Assembly (NCBI GenBank): GCA_017465945.1
Contig: JAFTVD010000015.1
Coordinates: forward strand, 28,290-92,289
Source of the DNA: Alphaproteobacteria bacterium
GTDB taxonomy: Bacteria > Pseudomonadota > Alphaproteobacteria > RF32 > CAG-239
DNA: 64,000 bases
Direction: 5' to 3'
In this document: in pieces, positions 7,987-15,224 of the stretch
Layout of the letters: each line of letters begins with the position of its first letter
How positions within the stretch are numbered: position 1 is the stretch's first letter
The notes under the pieces: model-generated
Told to the model about the DNA's origin: nothing
What the model saw: the letters and a program-made list of their open reading frames with translations, nothing else
The model's database searches: none
Translations under genes and position numbers: made by a program

Positions 7987-10116
7987 TTATCTATACCTTC
8001 TAACGATATCTATATTTCTTCTATACCCAATATCATTTTCCAAATCTTCCATATCAACAGGTTGTCTTGTTCTCCAATTTGGATGCTCCATATCTGTCCC
8101 TGGAAGATTTTGCAAACTTTCTTGATGAAGCATATTTTCCGGTTCAATCATAAATACTTCACTATTAGATTTCGCCATATACGCATGTGTGGCTTCCTCT
8201 ATTCCATCAGGATACCCTTCACCATATAAACAGTCCCCTTGTCTTTTTCTATCACTTGGCCAAACCCCCTCTTCATCTAGCGCTTTTAATAGATATTTTC
8301 TTTCACTTTCACGCCATTTATATCCATTTTTAGCATCTTCATCTGTAAACAGATTAAGTTTTTTCATCATTGAAATTTCACCACCAAACCACCATGCTTT
8401 AAGAGGTGGCATATCATGAGTACCAATGGATGCAAAATATTTTTTCTCATATTCTGATGGTTTTTTAAGCGTCAAACCATCTCCACATCTTTCACTCCAT
8501 AAAACACCAAGCATATAAATATTTTTATCTCTTAGCATTTTATCAAAACCACCTTCAACATTACCAATGCACTCACCAACCACCATACATTTATTCAAAT
8601 AGCTCTCTAATGCTAAAATATTCATCATATCTTTTTCATTATAACGAATATACGTACCACTTTTACCACTATCTGGAATAATATATAATCTAGCAAGTCC
8701 CATAACATGGTCAATTCTCAAAGCCCCAGCATAACGCATATTAGCTCTCAAAATTTTAATAAAAGGCTTATAGCAACGTTCTTTTAATTCAAATGGATTA
8801 AAAGCCCCCAATCCCCACTTTTGTCCTGTTGGAAAATAATTATCTGGAGGAGCTCCCGCACCACTTTCTTGTACATATAAAAACTTATCTCCCCAAACTT
8901 CTGCACTATTTTTAGAAACACCAACCGGCAAATCTCTATATAACCCAATAACCATATTGCTATTATCAATTTTTTTCTTAACTTCTTTTAATTGCCTAAC
9001 AGCTTCAAATTGCAAAAACTTAAAAAAGTCAATTTCATCTTTATGTTCTTTTTCAAACTTTTCAACTCCACTTCCAAGAGCGCTTTCATAAGCCTTTTGC
9101 CATTCTTTTGTAACCTTTTCATTTAACAAAAACTTCTCATGACTTATCCCTTGAAACAATGCAAGCCTTTGGAGCTCAACCCCATTTTCCTTTTTAAACT
9201 TTTCAAATTCAATAAAATATTCCCCGCCCTTATCTTTTTTAGCTCTTTCATAAATATTTTTTAACGCTTTAATTTTTGCATTATACACTAATGTATAATT
9301 TATTTTTTCTTCACTTTTAGCTTTAGATATAGCATTTACATCTTTATCTTTTTCATCATAATAAGGAACTTTTTCCACATCAATATATATAGGGTTCAAA
9401 AACAAGCGACTTACAGAATTATAAGGGCTTGCCGATTCTGGATAATCATGACATAACACATTCAACGGATTTAACCCAATAACATCACCACCGCTTCTTG
9501 CACATATCTCCACAAAATTACTTAAATCTGTAAAATCACCAATTCCCCAATTACGTCTACTTTTTAGTGAATATAATTGTAAGCTAAATCCAAATAACCT
9601 ATCTTTTCCCTTTTTATCAATACTATAACACTGATTGGGTGCAACCGCAATCACAGTACTATATTGTCCCTTATTTGTTTTAACTTTTAACTCGTAGTAA
9701 TTAGGTTCTAACTCTTCATTAATTTTTGCACTCAATAACACATAAGTATTTTTCCCCTCACAGCGTCTGTCAATAACCTCAAAAAATACTTCAATATCAC
9801 TATATTCTTTTTCACCCTCTTTTGCGATACAAACTTCAATATCGCCTTCAAATTCACTCTCTTTAATTACTAAATCAAATTCAATCTTTCCTCCATTTAC
9901 AACATAAATAGCTTCCATTGCTCTTTGCCAACGTTTTTTTTCTATTCTTTCCAAAGAGCGTCTAATATCTTCATCTGTTTTTGCCTTATAACCAAAATTT
10001 TCAATAAAAAATTTTAACATATCATCTGTAACATCAACTATCTTGCTCCCTCCATTATAACTAAAGGTTGTCGCAATATTTAGTTTTTGAGCTAAAGTTT
10101 TTAACATTTCAGACAT
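7987..10116 (-). CDS. malQ: 4-alpha-glucanotransferase (amylomaltase, GH77, long MalQ type)
   Basis: 709 aa. Motifs GLYRDLPVGV, ALRIDHVMGL, GTHDMPP and PGT..EHPNWR are present. Confidence 0.9.
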   Translation of the reverse strand: MSEMLKTLAQKLNIATTFSYNGGSKIVDVTDDMLKFFIENFGYKAKTDEDIRRSLERIEKKRWQRAMEAIYVVNGGKIEFDLVIKESEFEGDIEVCIAKEGEKEYSDIEVFFEVIDRRCEGKNTYVLLSAKINEELEPNYYELKVKTNKGQYSTVIAVAPNQCYSIDKKGKDRLFGFSLQLYSLKSRRNWGIGDFTDLSNFVEICARSGGDVIGLNPLNVLCHDYPESASPYNSVSRLFLNPIYIDVEKVPYYDEKDKDVNAISKAKSEEKINYTLVYNAKIKALKNIYERAKKDKGGEYFIEFEKFKKENGVELQRLALFQGISHEKFLLNEKVTKEWQKAYESALGSGVEKFEKEHKDEIDFFKFLQFEAVRQLKEVKKKIDNSNMVIGLYRDLPVGVSKNSAEVWGDKFLYVQESGAGAPPDNYFPTGQKWGLGAFNPFELKERCYKPFIKILRANMRYAGALRIDHVMGLARLYIIPDSGKSGTYIRYNEKDMMNILALESYLNKCMVVGECIGNVEGGFDKMLRDKNIYMLGVLWSERCGDGLTLKKPSEYEKKYFASIGTHDMPPLKAWWFGGEISMMKKLNLFTDEDAKNGYKWRESERKYLLKALDEEGVWPSDRKRQGDCLYGEGYPDGIEEATHAYMAKSNSEVFMIEPENMLHQESLQNLPGTDMEHPNWRTRQPVDMEDLENDIGYRRNIDIVRRYR

Positions 10117-10125
10117 TCGCCACTC

Positions 10126-12201
10126 CTATTTTTTTATTTCAAAACACAAAACAGACCAAGAAGGAACCCAAATTTCTACCCCACTACCAATACCATTTTC
10201 TTCAAACTTACCAGAACTATCTAAAAGCAAATTCCACTCATACGATTTTTTCAAACTTGGCAATTTCCATTTTATGTTATTATTATTGGCATTAAATATT
10301 ACCATATATAACTTTTCTTTTCCCATAACCAAATAAGAAAGTGCTTTTCTATTATGCACAAACCAATCACTTTGAGCAAACTCTGTACCTTTTTCTGTAT
10401 GCCATGCAATATCTTTAAAACCTGTTTTGGAATCAACCACTCCACCATTAAAGAAGTTTTTATAATTAAACACTCCCATTTTATTGCGAAGTTTAATTAA
10501 CTTTTTGGTATACCTAATATTGCTTATCTCATCATTATCAATAGCTTCCCAAACCATATAAGATATCACATTATCCTGACAATAAGCATTATTATTACCA
10601 AATTGAGTATTATAAAATTCATCACCTGCTCTTAATATTGGTGTACCAAAAGACAACATCTCTGTTGCAAGCATCGCACGCAATCTTCTTTTTCGATTTT
10701 CTAAAATACTATCATCACTGGTTATACCTTCAAACCCAGAATTATAACTCCAGTTTGCATCTGTTCCGTCTTTGTTGTCTTCACCATTAGCAAAATTATG
10801 CTTATGATTATAACTAACCAAATCATACAATGTCATACCATCATGAACAGTAATGTAGTTAACAGAACTCCACATAGTTCTTCTTGCCGGTCCAAATATA
10901 TCACTAGAACCTGTAATTCTACTAGCAAGCTCCCCTACCTGTCTATCATCACCACGCCAAAAACGTCTAACCACATCACGATACCTATCATTCCATTCCA
11001 TTGTACCAGGCGGAAAAGCTCCTAATTGATATCCACCAATTCCTAAATCCCAAGGCTCTGCCACCATTTTTACAAGTTCTAAAACATCATCTTGGCGAAT
11101 AGACATCATAAACCCACTACTTTGGCTAAATTCTTGACGAACTCTAGCAAGAGATGTTGCCAAATCAAGCCTAAACCCATCAACATGCATTTCTTCAACC
11201 ATATAGCGCATTGAGTCCATAACAAGCCTTAAAACATAAGGATTCTGCAAATTAAACGATGCACCACATCCAGTACTATCATAATAATATCTCTTATTAT
11301 TTCCATCTAGTGTATAATAACTTTCATTATCAATACCACGATAACAAAGCGTAGGTCCTAAATGATTTCCTTCTATTGTATGGTTATACACCATATCTAA
11401 AATAACTTCTAACCCATTTTCATGAAAACGTTTTACCATTTTCTTGAAACCATCAACATTAGAACCAACTAAATAACTTGGTTCTAGTGCAAAAAAGTTC
11501 AAAGTTTCATAACCCCAAAAATTCTGACGTCCATAAATATGTCTTTCAGCCATAAACGCATTTACAGGCAACAACTCAACAGATGTAACCCCAAGCCATT
11601 TAATATAATTACATACATTACGACTAGCTAACCCTTCAAATGTACCACGTTTTGCATCCTGAACTTTCGGATGCATTTTCGTAAATCCTTTAACATGAAG
11701 TTCATAAAATACTGTTTTTGAAGCATCAATTTGAGGTGGGACATCTTCCCCCCAATCAAATTTATTACTCCCCACAACAACCGACTTTGGAACATATGGC
11801 GCACTATCTAATGTTGAAAAAGATAAATCCTTATCAACACTATCCACATCATACCCAAAAATAGCCTTATGCCAAATAAGTCTACCAATAAGTTTTTTAG
11901 CATATGGGTCAATCAACAATTTATTCGGGTTAAATCTCTTTCCTTTTTGAGGCTCATAAGGACCATAAACTCTATAACCATAAACCTGTCCTTCTTTTAC
12001 CCCTTCAAGATAAATATGCCAAATATTATTTTCTCTAACTCTCATCTCATAGCGAGCTACTTCTTTGATACCCATTTTATCAAATAAACAAAGTTCAACC
12101 CTTAATGCACCAGAAGAAAACAGAGCAAAGTTAACACCCCATTCATCAACAGTTGCACCAAGCGGATAAGCTCTACCATCCCAAACTTTAATATCTGCCA
12201 T
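10126..12201 (-). CDS. glgX: Glycogen debranching enzyme GlgX (GH13)
   Basis: Motifs GVTSVELLPV, VILDMVYNHT, GFRLDLAT, EPWD and ITVHDGMTL are present. I chose the ATG at 12201 (MADIKVWDG), preceded by AAGGGAGA. The 238-bp duplicated block starts exactly upstream of this RBS. Confidence 0.9.
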   Translation of the reverse strand: MADIKVWDGRAYPLGATVDEWGVNFALFSSGALRVELCLFDKMGIKEVARYEMRVRENNIWHIYLEGVKEGQVYGYRVYGPYEPQKGKRFNPNKLLIDPYAKKLIGRLIWHKAIFGYDVDSVDKDLSFSTLDSAPYVPKSVVVGSNKFDWGEDVPPQIDASKTVFYELHVKGFTKMHPKVQDAKRGTFEGLASRNVCNYIKWLGVTSVELLPVNAFMAERHIYGRQNFWGYETLNFFALEPSYLVGSNVDGFKKMVKRFHENGLEVILDMVYNHTIEGNHLGPTLCYRGIDNESYYTLDGNNKRYYYDSTGCGASFNLQNPYVLRLVMDSMRYMVEEMHVDGFRLDLATSLARVRQEFSQSSGFMMSIRQDDVLELVKMVAEPWDLGIGGYQLGAFPPGTMEWNDRYRDVVRRFWRGDDRQVGELASRITGSSDIFGPARRTMWSSVNYITVHDGMTLYDLVSYNHKHNFANGEDNKDGTDANWSYNSGFEGITSDDSILENRKRRLRAMLATEMLSFGTPILRAGDEFYNTQFGNNNAYCQDNVISYMVWEAIDNDEISNIRYTKKLIKLRNKMGVFNYKNFFNGGVVDSKTGFKDIAWHTEKGTEFAQSDWFVHNRKALSYLVMGKEKLYMVIFNANNNNIKWKLPSLKKSYEWNLLLDSSGKFEENGIGSGVEIWVPSWSVLCFEIKK

Positions 12202-12205
12202 AATA

Positions 12206-12443
12206 TCTCCCTTACATATATTCACTATTCATAATAATATCAAATTTTATAAATACTACCATTTTATATCCCAACTCCACAGATAATAGTATTCATAAAG
12301 TTTAAAAAAACTCTTTAAAAATCTAAAAATTTATAAAAAAAAATAGCTCAAATCAAATAATTTGAACTATCAAAAATTAAAACCAATAAAATAACTGACT
12401 ATCTTCCCCAAAATCTACTTCTTATCCTTCTTAATATACTTTG
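12206..12443. repeat. 238-bp direct repeat, copy 1 (partner at 13798..14033)
   Basis: About 90% identical by eye to copy 2, and near-identical over about 125 bp in the core. It holds the glgX RBS and upstream region plus a 15-codon relic of the 3' end of the 13989..14864 gene (QSILRRIRSRFWGR* versus QSILGKIKSRLLGR*). Confidence 0.9.
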
Positions 12444-12464
12444 GTAAACCCGTATTTACCACTT

Positions 12465-13526
12465 CTACCTTTCTATTTTAGGAAACCGAACGAATGTTTC
12501 AAATTCATCATCATAATTCATATCTCCATCTTTAAACATACCACTAATTATATTTGGTTTACCTTTTGTGCTTTTTAATGGATTATTATAACACAAAAAA
12601 TCACCCTGTACCCATTCAGAAGCCCCCTCTAAATTTTCTAAATCATTATCACTACAATCATAATTACCTCGTAATACTCTTTGGGGACCTTTTTCTAATG
12701 TTTTTAATTTATTATTACTACAAATAAAATTGCCCGCCACTTCTTTAGGTGCAAATTCTAATGTTTTTAATTTATTATTACTACAAATAAAATCGCCTAT
12801 CACTTTTGTAGGAGCCCCTTCTAGCGTCTCTAACTCATTATAGCTACAATCAACTTTAGACAAACCATATGCTAACCCTTTTAAACTTGTTAAATGATTA
12901 TGATCTAAATAAATTTCCCCCGCAATATGTTGAGGACCACCTTCTAGAGATACTAACTCATTATGACTGCAAACTAATTTTCCATTAACAACCCCTGATA
13001 TCCCTTCCAAAGTAGTTAAATGATTTTTTGAACAATAAAAATCAAGCACATGCTTAGGAGCTCCTTTCAAAATAACCAACCTATTATTACTGCAATTAAA
13101 ATTACCATAAAGCCAAACTTTAGAAAAATCTGGTAGTTCAGTTAATTCTCGATTACTTAAATCAATATTACAATCAAGCTTAAACCCTTCCGGTAAAATT
13201 CTCAAAAACATATTAATTTCATCAATACTAGAATCCTTAAAAAAATTCCCCATTTCTATCCTACGTTTTCTATATTCTGGATCTATAATATCAACTTTTT
13301 TTTCTTCAACAGCTCCTTTTTCATCCAAAAAATTAATTATTTTTTCATTTCCCATAATTTTTGCCAAACTATAAAGCGAATAACCTGTTTTATGTTTTGC
13401 ATTAACCGAGGCTCCTAAGCGAATAATATAATCCATCTTTTTTAACTTCATATCATCAGAAAGCTTATCATCTAAAACACATCTTATTAATTGTTCTTCT
13501 AGCTTTGCCTTATTATTTTCACTCAT
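12465..13526 (-). CDS. Ankyrin-like N-terminal head plus a 22-residue leucine-rich-repeat protein (effector-like)
   Basis: 353 aa. The head LEEQLIRCVLDD..YIIRLGASVNAKH is shared with three other ORFs in the window. It is followed by about 9 repeats of L.CS.N.L.(S/T)LEGAP..V.G.F. Confidence 0.8.
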   Translation of the reverse strand: MSENNKAKLEEQLIRCVLDDKLSDDMKLKKMDYIIRLGASVNAKHKTGYSLYSLAKIMGNEKIINFLDEKGAVEEKKVDIIDPEYRKRRIEMGNFFKDSSIDEINMFLRILPEGFKLDCNIDLSNRELTELPDFSKVWLYGNFNCSNNRLVILKGAPKHVLDFYCSKNHLTTLEGISGVVNGKLVCSHNELVSLEGGPQHIAGEIYLDHNHLTSLKGLAYGLSKVDCSYNELETLEGAPTKVIGDFICSNNKLKTLEFAPKEVAGNFICSNNKLKTLEKGPQRVLRGNYDCSDNDLENLEGASEWVQGDFLCYNNPLKSTKGKPNIISGMFKDGDMNYDDEFETFVRFPKIER

Positions 13527-13559
13527 ATCCTCTCCTCATTAAAAGCCATACTATACTTT

Positions 13560-13588
13560 ATAGTACCATAAAATTCTCTCTATTACAA
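13560..13588 (-). promoter_or_regulatory. Extended -10 sigma-70 promoter (member of a conserved module)
   Basis: The minus strand reads TTGTAA-TAGAGAGAATTTTATGG-TACTAT with a 17-nt spacer and TG one base before the -10. It lies 34 nt upstream of the ATG at 13526. Confidence 0.55.
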
Positions 13589-13687
13589 CAAAAAATCATT
13601 ACAAAAGGCAAAACTTTAATGCACCCCATTCACCCAAAATAAAAAAATGACCAAACTTCGGCTATTTTTCACCATACTCCCTAACCA

Positions 13688-13790
13688 GTCATCCCTCATT
13701 TGAACTTCCTTTTATTTTATCCCCCTCACCTTGCATCAACTTTTTTATTGTCATCCCTCGTTTTGCGATAAGCAAAACGTCAAGGGATCT
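13688..13790. repeat. GTCAT-type palindromic elements
   Basis: GTCATCCCTC occurs twice. The second copy continues as CGTTTTGC-GATAA-GCAAAACG (perfect 8-bp stem, 13759-13779), flanked by CCCT/AGGG. Confidence 0.6.
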
Positions 13791-13797
13791 ACCAATT

Positions 13798-14033
13798 TCT
13801 CCCTTATATATATTTATTATTCATAATAATATCAAATTTTATAAATACTACCATTTTATATCCCAACTCCACAGATAATAATATTCATAAAGTTTAAAAA
13901 AACTCTTTAAAAATCTAAAAATTTATAAAAAAAATAGCTCAAACCAACCTATTTGAACCATTTAAAATTAAAACCATAAAATAACTAACTATCTACCCAA
14001 CAATCTACTTTTTATCTTTCCCAATATACTTTG
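13798..14033. repeat. 238-bp direct repeat, copy 2 (partner at 12206..12443)
   Basis: See copy 1. This copy overlaps the true 3' end of the 13989..14864 CDS. Confidence 0.9.
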
Positions 14034-14864
14034 TTCTGAAGCCTCTAAAGGTTTTGCATCAACATCACTTTTTACCTCATCTATCACTTCGTTTTCCTCT
14101 TTTTTTACTGTTTCAACATTTTGAACATCATCAAATACAAAAGAAATTTTCCCTTCGCTATCCCAATCTGTATCAAGATCAGCACACTGCATCTGATATT
14201 CATCTCTAAACTTTATCATTTTAACATTACTAATATCAGTATTCCAACCAATATAAATATGGCCACATTGAGAAACATCTAAACATTGGGGTAATATCGC
14301 TCTTTGCATATTAACAGCATTTTTTTCACTAAATTTAAAATCTTTTACTTTACTTAAATCACAAAATGTAAAATCAGCATTTTTTAATTCTCTTAAATCA
14401 ACAACACCTTCTAATTTATTAGAACACCTAAAACGTTCAACCTCCCCAACAACCATCACCACATCATAACCACAAATATTATCATAAGAATTAAGCCAAT
14501 TATCAATCACCAAAACCTTTTCACTTGCCCCTGCTTTTGACTGATACCCAATACCATCAGTATATTCAATAACTTCGTTTAACTCTTTTATAAACCCACA
14601 TTCTTTAGCAATATTAAGTCCTATCTCTTTTTCACTATCTCTTTGTATTCTTCTATCAAACATAGATATAACAACATCTTTATATTTTTTCTTTTCGTCC
14701 ACATCTAATTTATTAATTTTATTAAGCATCGCTTTTATAACATGAAAATCATTAGTCTGAGACAATATATTTTTACTCACCACAACATTTAATTCATCAT
14801 CTCTTAACTGATTAAGAAATTTATATATATTTTTTTCTTCATTTTCAATTTTTATAAAAGACAT
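13989..14864 (-). CDS. Unrecognised-family protein (N-terminus MSFI..), short paralogue of 53584..54969
   Basis: 291 aa. The N-terminal ~110 aa align closely with the 461-aa paralogue (MSFI.I..EEKN.YK.LNQLR.., VSMFDRR.QRD.EK...LNIAKECGF). RBS GAGGTGA lies upstream of the ATG. Confidence 0.75.
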   Translation of the reverse strand: MSFIKIENEEKNIYKFLNQLRDDELNVVVSKNILSQTNDFHVIKAMLNKINKLDVDEKKKYKDVVISMFDRRIQRDSEKEIGLNIAKECGFIKELNEVIEYTDGIGYQSKAGASEKVLVIDNWLNSYDNICGYDVVMVVGEVERFRCSNKLEGVVDLRELKNADFTFCDLSKVKDFKFSEKNAVNMQRAILPQCLDVSQCGHIYIGWNTDISNVKMIKFRDEYQMQCADLDTDWDSEGKISFVFDDVQNVETVKKEENEVIDEVKSDVDAKPLEASEQSILGKIKSRLLGR

Positions 14865-14898
14865 TTTTTCTCACCTCTATCTTTCATAACTAACCCAT

Positions 14899-14927
14899 AT
14901 AATACCACAATTTTCTCCCTATTGCAA
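14899..14927 (-). promoter_or_regulatory. Extended -10 sigma-70 promoter (member of a conserved module)
   Basis: The minus strand reads TTGCAA-TAGGGAGAAAATTGTGG-TATTAT with a 17-nt spacer, preceded by a T-tract. It lies 35 nt upstream of the ATG at 14864. Confidence 0.6.
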
Positions 14928-14960
14928 CAAAAAAAAGCGACCAACTAAGATCGCCTATTT

Positions 14961-15049
14961 CCCCCTTTAATTTAGCGATTTTTTTTCAAAACAATTGTTG
15001 AAAGCGGTGGAAGTGTGATCTCAATAGAATTAGCTCTACCATTAGCACC
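14961..15049 (-). pseudogene. Relic copy of the last 25 codons, stop and about 12 nt of downstream flank of glgB
   Basis: 89 bp nearly identical to 15214..15302. It translates to GANGRANSIEITLPPLSTIVLKKNR*, versus the glgB end ..GANGRANSIEITLPPLSTIVLKKIR*. Confidence 0.85.
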
Positions 15050-15054
15050 CCTAT

Positions 15055-15220
15055 TTAAAACAGAACGGCACTTATAATAAGTGCCGTTGCAATGGGTGGG
15101 TAGAAGTGCTGTGCTATCGTTGAATGTCCTGCCCATAAGTGGAGCATACTTTGAGCGTACGTGAGCATTATGGGACAGGCTTCCATTCGGCGATTTGACA
15201 GTGCTTATACACGCCCCCTT
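15055..15220 (-). ncRNA. Candidate structured RNA or palindromic insert: long imperfect hairpin followed by an intrinsic terminator
   Basis: GC is visibly higher than the surrounding intergenic DNA. Minus-strand pairings: CCUGUCCCAUAA/UUAUGGGCAGG, GAAUG/CAUUC, AUCG/CGAU, plus an imperfect outer stem. The terminator stem is AACGGCACUU/AAGUGCCGUU (15064-15088), followed by CUGUUUU. Confidence 0.4.
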
Positions 15221-15224
15221 TATT

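Noticed and set aside
15055-15186. A 43-codon minus-strand ORF (MEACPIMLTYAQSMLHLWAGHSTIAQHFYPPIATALIISAVLF) inside the hairpin element, possibly a type I toxin
   Set aside because: There is no Shine-Dalgarno sequence upstream. The frame runs straight through the terminator stem, and the two arms of the hairpin explain the open frame by chance. I kept it only as an alternative hypothesis in the finding.
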